A stretch of 64,000 bases of DNA, taken from positions 4,192,001-4,256,000 of the forward strand of contig OZ242296.1 of NCBI GenBank assembly GCA_965207735.1, in the 5' to 3' direction. The notes beneath the pieces were generated by a model. It was not told the DNA's origin. It did no database searches and saw only the letters and a program-made list of their open reading frames with translations. Positions within the stretch are counted from its first letter, which is position 1. The number at the start of each line of letters is the position of its first letter. This DNA comes from Candidatus Versatilivorator sp. GTDB taxonomy: Bacteria > Acidobacteriota > Terriglobia > Versatilivoradales > Versatilivoraceae. Positions 30,825 to 40,709 of this stretch are shown piece by piece. Both the position numbers and the translations under genes were made by a program.

Positions 30825-31652
30825 TTATTCCCGGGGGGTCTGGTCGTTGAAGACTTGGGTTCGTTTGAGAAGGCGGCGTTCCCGGCCGGGGAACCCTTCG
30901 CGGCGGTGCATGGTGCAACGATTGTCCCAGACCACCAGGTCATCGATCTGCCAGTGGTGGGTCCACACGAACCGGGGAAGCTCGATGTGGCCAATAAGCA
31001 GGTCAAGCAGCCGCCGGCTCTCGGAGGGGTCGAGTCCGACAACGTGTTTGGTGAGGTGGGGGCCCAGGTAAAGGGCCTTGCGGCCCGTTTCGGGATGGGT
31101 GCAGGCCAGAGGGTGAGACACGGGATAGGGGCGATTCTGGGCTTCCACCGAGTGTCGATGGACCGCTCTCAGCCCCCACAGGCGCGCCTTGAGACCTTCG
31201 TCCAGGGCGTCGTAGGCAGCATATCCATTGCACCACTGGGTGGCGCCACCGCCCCCCTCGGGGAGCTCGACGGCATATAGGGTCGAGATGGTCCCGGGCT
31301 GGGGCAGGTAGGACAGGTCGGAATGGAAACCGATCTCCTCGTTGCTGAGGGCTCCGATCGGCTGGCCGTTCTTCTTGAGATTGGAGATGAGGAAAATCTC
31401 CTTGACGGGGCGATCCAGCTGCTTGCGCACGTGCTCCACCGGCTTGCCGAAATGGCGGGTAAAATCCACCTGATTCCGCTCGCTGATGCGCTGCTTCCTG
31501 AAGTAGATCAGACAGTGCTGCCGCAAGGCCTGGCGAATGCCCGCCACGGCATCCGCCGGCAGCGGCTTGGACAGGTCCACATCCCTGATCTCGGCGCCCA
31601 AGGCTCCGCCGGTGGGAACGATCTTCAGCCCTTCCAGCCTGGCGACGGCCAC
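30825..31652 (-). CDS. TauD/TfdA-family Fe(II)/2-oxoglutarate dioxygenase
   Basis: LGAEIRDVDL, FHSDLSY (HxD), HPETGRKALY and WDNRCTMHR. Confidence 0.9.
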   Translation of the reverse strand: MAVARLEGLKIVPTGGALGAEIRDVDLSKPLPADAVAGIRQALRQHCLIYFRKQRISERNQVDFTRHFGKPVEHVRKQLDRPVKEIFLISNLKKNGQPIGALSNEEIGFHSDLSYLPQPGTISTLYAVELPEGGGGATQWCNGYAAYDALDEGLKARLWGLRAVHRHSVEAQNRPYPVSHPLACTHPETGRKALYLGPHLTKHVVGLDPSESRRLLDLLIGHIELPRFVWTHHWQIDDLVVWDNRCTMHRREGFPGRERRLLKRTQVFNDQTPRE

Positions 31653-31810
31653 TGTCCCTCTCCCAACGCCGATGCGATGGAGTCGAACCGAACGTTTTGA
31701 TTATACTGGAGAGGTCATCGATGGCAACCCCAAGAGCCGGGAGAGCAGCGGTGGAAACGACAGTCAGCCACCCCGGCCTTGACGCCGCCATCACCCATTC
31801 GGGAGTAGCC

Positions 31811-34800
31811 ATGAACCATCGACTTGCTCGGGCCATCGTGCCAATCCTTCTCCTGGCGCTTCTCGGGGACTGGGCTTCTGCCGGAAGCCCCCCGGCCTCC
31901 CCGCAGGACCGACCGGCGCCCGCTCAGGAGGCCGGCGATACCGACCGCCGAGACCAGGAGGAAGAAACCGACCCGGCAGGTGAAGAAGACGACACCGACA
32001 TCCTGCTGACCGATGAGGGCGACATCATCTACACCGAAATCGATGTGACCGGCACCGTGATCCGTGAAACGCCCATCGACTCGCCCAACTCGGTCTCCAT
32101 CATCGACCGGGAATCGCTGTCCCAGCAGGGATCGCCCTCGGTGGTGGAGCTGTTCAAGAACATGAGCGTTAGCGGCGGCGTGCTGGGCGAGTCCAACAGT
32201 TGGTACAACGGCACCTCGACCGGCATCGCCGAGACGGTGGCCAACGTGAACCTGCGCTCCCTGGGAGCCTCCCGCACCCTGGTTCTGCTCAACGGACGGC
32301 GGCAGACCTACCTGCCGGCCCGGCTGGCCGGCGGCCGCTTCGTGGACGTGAATGCGTTTCCCACCATCGCCATCGACCGGATCGACGTGCTCAAGGAAGG
32401 CGCCGGGGCCGTCTACGGCTCGGACGCCATCGCCGGCGTGGTCAACTTCATCACCCGCAGCCAGTTCGAGGGCTTTGAAGTCTCGGCCTCCTACGACCAC
32501 TTCTCAGGTTCCAAGGACGGGATGCTGGGCGGGATCTGGGGCAGGAAGTTCGGTTCTTCCGCCCACCTGGTCGTGGCCATGGAACACAAGCGCAGCGGGC
32601 ATTTCGGAGCCGAGGAAACCGGGTGGTCGTTGCGTCCTTACCCGGGATGGTGGTGGGGATGGTCGGGGACGGGCAACCCCGGCGCCTTCATCGTGCCCCA
32701 GACCGAGGCCACCGGAATATCGGCTCTGGTGGAAGCCCCCCGCTTTATCGACCCGGGCTGCGACGCAATGGGAGGACACACCGACAACGGCTCCCGCACC
32801 TGCCGCTTCCGCTATCAGCCCTGGGACAGCCTGATCTATGCTCAGCAGCACAGTCGGGGGTTTGCCGAGATCAACGGAACCTTCGGCGACAACAAGAACT
32901 ATCATCTGGAGATGCTCTACGCCGATGCCCGGATCCCCGACTGGGAGACCACTCCGTCGTTTCCGCCCGTGTCGATTTTTGACGGTTTGCAATTGGTCAG
33001 CGCCGATCACCCGGGCAGGCAGGCGTTCGCAGACAACTACCCAATGCTGCCTAGCAGCGCCGGCGAGCCGCTGGACCTTACCGGGGAGGAGCCCTGGTAC
33101 TTCTTCGGCCGCCTGGTCGGCAACTCCGGCCCGGGGCGCAGCTCACCCCGGCAGTCCCGCACCAGGCGGCTGGCGGGATCGGTGGGGAGCGAAATCGGGG
33201 AAACCGGCCTCTTCTACGACCTGGGAGCGACCTACTCCGACGCCAGGGGAGAGTTGAGCCACCCCGGAGAATGGGCTCATCGCAAATTCCTGGCCTATAG
33301 GGGTTTCGGCGGCCCCAACTGTGGGGTCAACGTGGTGGTGGATTCGACGGCTCCCTCCGGGATGGCTCTCGGTCGCATCCCCGAGGGCGTCGCTCCCGGG
33401 CGGGGCGACTGCTCCTATTACAACCCCTTCAGCAACGCCATCGGATTCTCGGCCCAGCCGGGCTCCCAATTCAGAGACACTCAAAACCCCGAGTTTCGTC
33501 CTGAACTGGCAAACAGTCCCGAGTTGCTGGGATGGATCAACCAGAATGTCACCTACGTCAACCGGGCCAGCCTGGTGACGGCCGACGCAACCCTGAACGG
33601 CACGCTGCATTCCAGCGTGGCGAGCTACGCGGTGGGCTATCAGTACCGGCTGGTGGACGTGGGCACGACCCCCAACGCCGCCGGCAACCTGGACATCAAC
33701 CCCTGCCCGGTTCCGGGAGACAACAGTTGTCCGGTGAAGACCGGTTCCTTCACCTTCACCTCCGGCGCCCATCCCTACGACGACCAGCAGGGCACGCACG
33801 TGACCTTCGCCGAACTGGCTCTCAAGCTGGGAGAGAGGGTGGATGCCCAACTGGCCGCCCATTACGAGCGCTACGAGTTCGCCGACAGCTTCGACCCCAA
33901 GGCCTCCATTCGCGTGCAACTGAACAACCTGGTGGCCCTGAGGGGAACTGTGCAGACCTCCTTCCGTACTCCCTCGGTGGACGACCTCAACCAGGACCTG
34001 GTCACCACCACCGACTACGTGGCTGCCAGCGGGACCTGGAAGGCCATCAGTACCTCCGGGAGCACCAGTCTATTGCCGGAGGATGCACTCACCTACAACC
34101 TGGGGGTGATCCTGAAGCGGAACCCGAACTTCGACTTTACCTTGGACTACTGGGGATTCGACTTCAACAACCCCATCGGGGTCCTGCCCCACGCCGCCCT
34201 GGCCTCCGCCTATGCCGATCCGGCCACCCGAGGCGCGGTGCGGGATCGCATCTTCTGTCCGGGCAACCGCAACGACGGCAGTTGCGATCCGGTAGACATG
34301 GAGAGAATCCGGGTGCACCACATCAACTGGCCCGGCATCAAGACCTCCGGCATCGACTGGCACCTGGGCGGCAGCCGGCTCATGGGACCAGGCGTGCTGG
34401 TCGGCCATCTGGACGGAAACCACACCCTGGACTTTGAAGTGGAGGCCCTCCTCCACAACGGCGTGGAACTTCGGCCCAGGGAGCAGGCGGCCGGCTACCT
34501 GAACCGGACCAACCCGCTGGCGCCTCCCCTGCCTCGCTGGAGAACCCACGGCAGCCTGGGCTACCACTGGAGACACTACGGCCTGATCGGCGGGGTGCAC
34601 TACATCTCGGGATACGAGGATCGGGACACCGTGGCCGCCTACAGCCAGATCGACAAGTTTCTGACCTTCGATATGAACTTCCGGTGGCAGATTCCCAATT
34701 CCGGAACCACGCTGACCGTTTCCGGCCTGAATCTGGCCGACCAGCGGCCTCCCCTGGTGAACACCGAGCTGGCCTTCGACTCGCTGACGCACAACCCCAG

Positions 34801-34840
34801 GGGCCGCCGGGTAAAGCTGACCGTCACCCAGCGGTTCTGA
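31811..34840 (+). CDS. TonB-dependent receptor
   Basis: Signal peptide; plug NLRSLGASRTLVLLNGRR and IDVLKEGAGAVYGSDAIAGVVNFIT; C-terminal Phe. Confidence 0.92.
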   Translation: MNHRLARAIVPILLLALLGDWASAGSPPASPQDRPAPAQEAGDTDRRDQEEETDPAGEEDDTDILLTDEGDIIYTEIDVTGTVIRETPIDSPNSVSIIDRESLSQQGSPSVVELFKNMSVSGGVLGESNSWYNGTSTGIAETVANVNLRSLGASRTLVLLNGRRQTYLPARLAGGRFVDVNAFPTIAIDRIDVLKEGAGAVYGSDAIAGVVNFITRSQFEGFEVSASYDHFSGSKDGMLGGIWGRKFGSSAHLVVAMEHKRSGHFGAEETGWSLRPYPGWWWGWSGTGNPGAFIVPQTEATGISALVEAPRFIDPGCDAMGGHTDNGSRTCRFRYQPWDSLIYAQQHSRGFAEINGTFGDNKNYHLEMLYADARIPDWETTPSFPPVSIFDGLQLVSADHPGRQAFADNYPMLPSSAGEPLDLTGEEPWYFFGRLVGNSGPGRSSPRQSRTRRLAGSVGSEIGETGLFYDLGATYSDARGELSHPGEWAHRKFLAYRGFGGPNCGVNVVVDSTAPSGMALGRIPEGVAPGRGDCSYYNPFSNAIGFSAQPGSQFRDTQNPEFRPELANSPELLGWINQNVTYVNRASLVTADATLNGTLHSSVASYAVGYQYRLVDVGTTPNAAGNLDINPCPVPGDNSCPVKTGSFTFTSGAHPYDDQQGTHVTFAELALKLGERVDAQLAAHYERYEFADSFDPKASIRVQLNNLVALRGTVQTSFRTPSVDDLNQDLVTTTDYVAASGTWKAISTSGSTSLLPEDALTYNLGVILKRNPNFDFTLDYWGFDFNNPIGVLPHAALASAYADPATRGAVRDRIFCPGNRNDGSCDPVDMERIRVHHINWPGIKTSGIDWHLGGSRLMGPGVLVGHLDGNHTLDFEVEALLHNGVELRPREQAAGYLNRTNPLAPPLPRWRTHGSLGYHWRHYGLIGGVHYISGYEDRDTVAAYSQIDKFLTFDMNFRWQIPNSGTTLTVSGLNLADQRPPLVNTELAFDSLTHNPRGRRVKLTVTQRF

Positions 34841-34900
34841 CGGGGGCCTCCGGCGACCTGCCGTCCCGGCCGGCAACTTTCCCGACCCTGGAGAATCTCC

Positions 34901-36388
34901 ATGGAACCAGGACTGGTCCAACGGGCCCGCCGACATCCCGACCGTCCCGCGATTCTGGCCGAGGGCGCCTGTTTCTCATACCGCGATCTGCTGCGGGCAT
35001 CGGCCCGCGCGGCCGGGAGATTGCTCCAGGGAACCGGGGACCTCGGGGAAAAGAGAGTCGCCTTCCTGCTGCCCCCAGGGGGTTCCCACGTGGCCACCCA
35101 GTGGGGAATCTGGAGGGCCGGCGGCATTGCCGTACCCCTCTGCACCGCCCATCCGCCGCCGGAGTGGGAATACGTCATCCGGGACTCCGGAGCCCACCTG
35201 GTCGTCGTCCACAAATCCTTTGCGGAACGAATCCGTCCGGTGGCCCGCAGGTGCGACGTGGCCGTAATGGACGACGCCTCTCCGGAATCGGACTCCCCGG
35301 CAGCCCGGCTGCCCTCGATCCCTCCCTCGCGACGAGCCATGATCGTCTACACCAGCGGCACCACCAGCCGGCCCAAGGGGGTGGTCTCCACCCATGGAAA
35401 CCTTGAGGCCCAGATCGAGACCCTGGTGCGGGCCTGGGGATGGCAACCGTGGGACCATATCCTGCACGTCCTTCCCCTGCACCACGTGCACGGAATCGTC
35501 AATGTTCTGTGCTGTGCTCTCTGGTCGGGCGCCACCTGTGAGATGCTGCCCGGGTTCCAGGCCGGCCAGGTGTGGGAGCGATTCGTCCGGAGTCCGCTCA
35601 CGCTGTTCATGGCGGTGCCGACTGTTTACTCCATGCTGATCACCGCCTGGGAGGCCGTCCCTGCCTTCCAACGAAAGATCTGGTCCCAAGCCTGCTCAAA
35701 GATGCGCCTGATGGTTTCGGGCTCGGCGGCGCTGCCGGTGCACGTGCTGGAGAAGTGGCAGCAGATCAGCGGCCATCGGCTGCTGGAACGCTACGGTATG
35801 ACCGAGATCGGGATGGCCCTCTCCAACCCCCTGGAGGGCGAACGGCGGGCGGGATTCGTGGGGACACCGCTTCCAGGCGTCGAGGTGCGATTGGTGGACG
35901 ACCAGGGGAAACCGGTCGAGGCCGGCAATCCAGGGGAGATCCAGGTCAAGGGACCCGGTGTCTTCGGGGAGTACTGGCGAAGGCCCGAGGAAACCCGGGC
36001 GGCGTTCGCCGACGGGTGGTTCCTGACCGGAGACGTAGCCGTGGTGGAGAGGGGCTCCTACCGCATCCTGGGCCGCAATAGCGTGGACATCATCAAGACC
36101 GGAGGGTACAAGGTCTCGGCCCTGGAAATCGAGGAGGTTTTACGAACCCACCCGGATATTGCCGAGTGTGCCGTGGTCGGACTTCCCGACAGGGAATGGG
36201 GAGAGTGCGTGGCGGCGGCGCTGGTTCCCCGCTCCGGCCGGTCCCCCTCTCCGGACCGCCTACGCCGTTGGGCCAAGGCCAGGCTGGCTATTTACAAGGT
36301 GCCCCAAAGTTTCCTGCAGATGGACAGCCTGCCCCGCAATCTGATGGGCAAGGTCAACAAGCGCGAACTGGCCAAGCACTTCCCATAA
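34901..36388 (+). CDS. Acyl-CoA synthetase, MatB/ACSF3 (malonate-CoA ligase)-like
   Basis: YTSGTTSRPKG, LPLHHVHG, ERYGMTE, WFLTGD and GGYKVSALEIE. Confidence 0.85.
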   Translation: MEPGLVQRARRHPDRPAILAEGACFSYRDLLRASARAAGRLLQGTGDLGEKRVAFLLPPGGSHVATQWGIWRAGGIAVPLCTAHPPPEWEYVIRDSGAHLVVVHKSFAERIRPVARRCDVAVMDDASPESDSPAARLPSIPPSRRAMIVYTSGTTSRPKGVVSTHGNLEAQIETLVRAWGWQPWDHILHVLPLHHVHGIVNVLCCALWSGATCEMLPGFQAGQVWERFVRSPLTLFMAVPTVYSMLITAWEAVPAFQRKIWSQACSKMRLMVSGSAALPVHVLEKWQQISGHRLLERYGMTEIGMALSNPLEGERRAGFVGTPLPGVEVRLVDDQGKPVEAGNPGEIQVKGPGVFGEYWRRPEETRAAFADGWFLTGDVAVVERGSYRILGRNSVDIIKTGGYKVSALEIEEVLRTHPDIAECAVVGLPDREWGECVAAALVPRSGRSPSPDRLRRWAKARLAIYKVPQSFLQMDSLPRNLMGKVNKRELAKHFP

Positions 36389-36640
36389 GGAACTTCACGA
36401 AGGGGCACAAAGCCCGCATGCCTTGGTCGTTTCTCATCGTTCCGCTCTTTTTGTGTTTTTGTGCCTTTTGTGGCCATTCCCGGCAATGATCCCGGCGCCG
36501 AATTTTGCAAGTGGCTCCACTGAGTGTTCCGCGCGGCAGGGCGGGGGCCGGCTGACCAGGGCTTGGGACGTATCCCGCACTCCTTGCGATTTCTTGTAAG
36601 GTAAGGCATATTTAATCACAGTAAGGACTCAGGGGTTTAT

Positions 36641-36874
36641 ATGGTGCAATCTGCAATCACTTCAAAGGGGCAGACGACATTGCCCAAGTCCGTGCGGCAG
36701 GCACTCGGAGTAAAGACAGGAGACCGCGTACGTTACGTCATCCTGGACAATGAGGTCCGGATCTTGCCCGTGCGTCCCGTCGGGCGGCTGTTTGGCGCAT
36801 TGAAACATGACGGCCCGCCCGTGACCCTGGAGGACATGGAACGGGCTGTTGCCGAGGGAGCCTGCGAGAAGTGA
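36641..36874 (+). CDS. AbrB/MazE-fold antitoxin
   Basis: ITSKGQTTLPKSVRQALGVKTGDRV; GTGA overlap with the PIN gene; three GTAAG repeats upstream (36596, 36601, 36621). Confidence 0.88.
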   Translation: MVQSAITSKGQTTLPKSVRQALGVKTGDRVRYVILDNEVRILPVRPVGRLFGALKHDGPPVTLEDMERAVAEGACEK

Positions 36875-37278
36875 TCGCGCTCGACACCAACGTCCTGGTC
36901 CGCTATCTGGTGGCGGACGATGCGAGGCAGGCAGAGGCCGCCCGTTTGTTGTTGGAAGGGTTAACGACTGATCGACCGGGTTTCATCTGCCGTGAGGTGA
37001 TTGTCGAACTGGTGTGGGTGTTGCGTCGGGCCTACGGGTTTTCCCGCGACCGGATTGCGACGGTGCTTGAGAATCTGGTCGCCACCGAAGCCCTTGAGGT
37101 CGAGGCGGCTGACGACGTGGCCCGCGCCGCCGTGAGCTATCGTCGGGGCGGTGCCGGTTTTTCCGACCTCATGGTTGTGGCGGCCGCAAAACGGGTGGGC
37201 GCGGGCACTCTCTACACTTTCGACCGAAGGGTAGGGCAGGTAGAGATCGCAACGCTGTTGGAGGATCCCGCTTCGTAG
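36871..37278 (+). CDS. vapC: VapC-family PIN toxin
   Basis: MIALDTNVLVRYL, ELVWVL, GFSDLMV and LYTFD. Confidence 0.88.
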   Translation: MIALDTNVLVRYLVADDARQAEAARLLLEGLTTDRPGFICREVIVELVWVLRRAYGFSRDRIATVLENLVATEALEVEAADDVARAAVSYRRGGAGFSDLMVVAAAKRVGAGTLYTFDRRVGQVEIATLLEDPAS

Positions 37279-37450
37279 TTGTAGATTGTCGATTTACGGC
37301 ATATTCAGTTGTCCGTACTCCCCAATCGACAATCGACAATCTGCAATCAACAATTCCCTTCATGCCCCTTCGTGGATATCCTTTTTCCCTTCGTTAACTG
37401 TCGGTCTGAGGCTCCGCCTCGCTAAACCATCCAACCAGGAGGTTCATCCC

Positions 37451-38425
37451 ATGGCTCCCCGTATCAAGGTTCTATTGCTTGCCTCGCCCCCTCCCGACTT
37501 CTGGGTGAAGGAGGCAATGAAGTTGATCGCCCCCCGTCACCAGGTTGTCCGTTTCGACCCTCAACAGGACCCGGCGCCGCAATTGCAAGGAGTGGACGCC
37601 GTGTTGGACATGGGCGGTCCCAAGGACAAGAGGCCGCTGGCCGACCTGCTGTCCGGTTCGGTCAAGCTCTGGCAGCTGGTCAGCACGGGATTCGACAACT
37701 TCGACGTGGACTACTGGCGTGAAAGGCGGATTCCGGTGGCCAACACCCCCGGCGGCTCCAGCGCCGTGTCCCTGGCCGAATGCGCCCTGATGCTCATGAT
37801 CATGGTGTCCCGCCGCTGGCCGGAAGCCGAGGCTCTTCTCCGGGACCGGGTGGTGGGCAGACCCAAGGGGCTGGACCTGGAAAACCGGCGGTTGGGTCTG
37901 GTGGGCTTCGGCGCCAGCGCCATCGAGCTGGCGCGGCGGGCCAAGAGCTTTTCCATGAAGATTTCGGCCATCGACATCCGTTCCATCTCCCAGGAGGAGC
38001 AGGAGGAGCTGGGAGTCGATTTCGTGGGTGGACCCGATGAACTGGACCAGGTCATCGGTCACAGCGATTACCTCTCCCTGCACCTCCACCTCAACCGGGA
38101 AACCCGAAATACCATCGATGCCCGCCGGCTGCGGCTGATGAAGCCCACCGCCTACCTCATCAACGTGGCTCGAGGGGCACTGGTGGACCAACCAGCTCTC
38201 TATGAGGCCCTGATCGAAAAGCAGTTGGCCGGGGCCGGCCTGGACGTCTTCGCCGAGGAGCCGGTCGATCCCGATTCCCCCCTGCTCCAGCTCCCCAACG
38301 TGGTGGCCGCGCCCCACATCGCAGGCCAGACCCAGGAGACCGCCGAGCGCCGTGCCGCCATGGCGTCTGAGAACCTGGACCGGGTGGCCCAAGGACTCGA
38401 CCCGATCTACCGTATCGATCGATAA
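37451..38425 (+). CDS. D-isomer-specific 2-hydroxyacid dehydrogenase
   Basis: ATG at 37451 after AGGAGG; GLVGFGA, LINVARG, GLDVFAEEP and APHIAG. Confidence 0.88.
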   Translation: MAPRIKVLLLASPPPDFWVKEAMKLIAPRHQVVRFDPQQDPAPQLQGVDAVLDMGGPKDKRPLADLLSGSVKLWQLVSTGFDNFDVDYWRERRIPVANTPGGSSAVSLAECALMLMIMVSRRWPEAEALLRDRVVGRPKGLDLENRRLGLVGFGASAIELARRAKSFSMKISAIDIRSISQEEQEELGVDFVGGPDELDQVIGHSDYLSLHLHLNRETRNTIDARRLRLMKPTAYLINVARGALVDQPALYEALIEKQLAGAGLDVFAEEPVDPDSPLLQLPNVVAAPHIAGQTQETAERRAAMASENLDRVAQGLDPIYRIDR

Positions 38426-38490
38426 ATTGCCGAGGGATAGTGCCGAATGCCGTGGCAGGAGAACAATCGGGCAACCACAACGGTTTGCCC

Positions 38491-40056
38491 CTACGCCTCG
38501 ACCTCCGGCCAGGGATGGCGGGCGGGATCGATCAGGCGGCTGGGAGCGAAGTAGGCGGGGGGATAGTCGTCGGGCTCGTCGTCCAGGCCCAGGATGCGGT
38601 TGACGATGCAGCGACCGCCGTTGAAGGAGACGCCGCTGCCGGAGCCGGCCATTCCGCCGATGATGTGACGCCGCTTTCCGTCCAGCAGCCCGACGATGGG
38701 ATATTCATCCGGGGTATAGCTCACGGTGCCGCTCCACTCATTGGCCAGGCGGAGCCGATAGGGACCGAATTGCTTCTTCATTTCCGCCGCCACGAACCGA
38801 CTGAGAAAGCGTGAGGGCCGGTTGCGGCCCGCCTCCCCATCGGGGACACGGGGGCCGCCCGAACCGAAAAGGACCCGGCGGGCGTAGCGTCCGGCAAAGT
38901 ACCAGGAGCCGCTGATCCCCACGTGGGGCTTCATGTTTTCCGGACCGCCGTCGCCGCTGGCGCCCTGTTGCTGCATGGGAAGGATGCAGTCATGCAGCAG
39001 CGGATAAATCTTGGGCGTGTAGGACTCGGTGGCGTAAACCAGGTGCCGGGTCGAGAGGGAGCCCCGGGTAGTGGACACGCGATAGCGCTCTCCCTCGTCC
39101 TCGACCCCCACCACCCGCGTTCGGGTCATCAGTTCCACGCCCGGCTTTCCGAGAGCGGCTCCCAGCAAACACCAGACCCACTTGGCCGGGTGCCAGGAAG
39201 CCGCCGCCCGCGAAAACCCGGCCGGATGTTCCACCTGCATCCCGCTGCGCTCCAGGACCTCTTCGGGACCGATGGAAGTCCAGTCGGTGAAACCGGTTTC
39301 GACCGCCATCTTCACCGATGCTTCCAGTCCCTCCTGCCCCAGGGCATCCTGGCCCTGAACCCAGCCCGAGCGGGAATAGTCGCAGTCGAAGCCCTCGCTC
39401 CGGATGGTCTTCTCGATCAGGTCGGCGTTGCGGTAGGCCGCCGCACAATAGACCCGGGCGAATTGACGGGCCAGCCGCGCCTGCTGGTCCCGATTCAGAT
39501 CGGTACGCAGCCGCGGCAATGCTTCCAGCACGGTGTCGTAGACATACTTGAAATAGCGGCCCATCACCACCAGCCCCTCGTTGCGGCCGGAACTGCCGCT
39601 GGCGGGATCATCCATCTCCAGCACCAGCAAAGGCCGGTCCCCGGAGCACCGGCGAGCCCAGTGATAGGCCACGGCCGCACCGGTGAACCCGGCGCCGATC
39701 ACCACCGTGTCGACCTCCTGCGGCAGACGGGCCGAGGGATCGCTTTCCCAGGGGTGGTTGGCCAGGGGATTGGCGTCGATCAACCACATGGGCGTCCTGG
39801 AGATCCTGCCTTCGATGATGAGTTCCTGGCTTGCGTCCGGTATGGTGACCCACATCTGGCGCCAGGCCCACCCCACCAGCTTCGCCCACCTCACCACGAT
39901 GGAGCGACCGGCGAATTGGGCGTCGGCATAGATCCTGGCTGTCTGCAGGTCGGCCGGACGCAGGCTGAACAGCAGCTCCAAGGCAACCCGAAGCCGTGTG
40001 CACAAAGACACGGCTGCCGGCGAATGAGAACGGGTGGATGAGGTTGGTTCGGACAT
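38491..40056 (-). CDS. FAD-dependent oxidoreductase (DAO family); start uncertain
   Basis: VVIGAGFTG, GSSGRNEG, HPAKWV and YTPDEYPIVG. Confidence 0.82.
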   Translation of the reverse strand: MSEPTSSTRSHSPAAVSLCTRLRVALELLFSLRPADLQTARIYADAQFAGRSIVVRWAKLVGWAWRQMWVTIPDASQELIIEGRISRTPMWLIDANPLANHPWESDPSARLPQEVDTVVIGAGFTGAAVAYHWARRCSGDRPLLVLEMDDPASGSSGRNEGLVVMGRYFKYVYDTVLEALPRLRTDLNRDQQARLARQFARVYCAAAYRNADLIEKTIRSEGFDCDYSRSGWVQGQDALGQEGLEASVKMAVETGFTDWTSIGPEEVLERSGMQVEHPAGFSRAAASWHPAKWVWCLLGAALGKPGVELMTRTRVVGVEDEGERYRVSTTRGSLSTRHLVYATESYTPKIYPLLHDCILPMQQQGASGDGGPENMKPHVGISGSWYFAGRYARRVLFGSGGPRVPDGEAGRNRPSRFLSRFVAAEMKKQFGPYRLRLANEWSGTVSYTPDEYPIVGLLDGKRRHIIGGMAGSGSGVSFNGGRCIVNRILGLDDEPDDYPPAYFAPSRLIDPARHPWPEVEA

Positions 40057-40215
40057 GGCCTGCCGGGATTCTACCATGGGCTTCCCGCAGGCATGGTATG
40101 TGTTTCCCCATGCCCCCACCCGGCCTGCGGATCATACGAGAGTGAAACAATGAATCGTCATGGCCTGTCGGGAACAAGGACCATGTCCCGTTAGACCGGT
40201 TTTTTACCTAGTTGA

Positions 40216-40421
40216 ACATGGATACACAGGATGGACAGGATAAACGGCGCGAGAGGCTATGCCACAGAAGCAAACCCGCTTGATGATCGGGTGGGTATTG
40301 GTAGTGATCCAGGAGCCTGGGAGCGGGTTTTGGGAAATCTATGTTGGAACAGTGGCGATGGTTCAACTCAAGACGGTGGAAACTCCCGCCCAATAATCCT
40401 GTGCATCCTGTGCATCCATGT
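40216..40421. repeat. 26-bp inverted repeat enclosing a decayed GxxExxY-like fragment
   Basis: ACATGGATACACAGGATGGACAGGAT (40216-40241) vs reverse complement of 40396-40421, 24/26 identical; interior reads MIGWVLVVIQEPGSGFWEIY. Confidence 0.7.
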
Positions 40422-40575
40422 AAGTTAGCCGTCTAACCATGCTTGACTTTGAACGGATGTTCCGCCACCCGGCTCAAGGCGCTGTTTCCAATAAACATCA
40501 TTCCGTATTCCGTCGGCTTGTGCTTCACTTGGGCTCACCGGCATTTGCTGCCGCCGCCGCAACGGCCATTCAAAT

Positions 40576-40636
40576 TCCAGTGATGTCTAGTGCCGTCCAG
40601 TAGAGTCTATAACTGTCTTATTTATGAGTGTCTTAT
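40576..40636. promoter_or_regulatory. att-arm-like region of integrase 1
   Basis: TCYAK pentamers at exact 10-bp spacing (40576, 40586, 40596, 40606) plus TTTATGAGTGTCTTAT; both motifs recur upstream of integrase 2. Confidence 0.55.
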
Positions 40637-40709
40637 ATAAGTCTTGCCGTGGCTTGTCTTGCCACCAACATCCCTTGCAATCCACTGCCATCCCTCATAT
40701 AATGGGGGG

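Noticed and set aside
40430-40575. tRNA/tmRNA integration site at the island's left edge
   Set aside because: No GTTCRA T-loop or acceptor stem found by eye on either strand.
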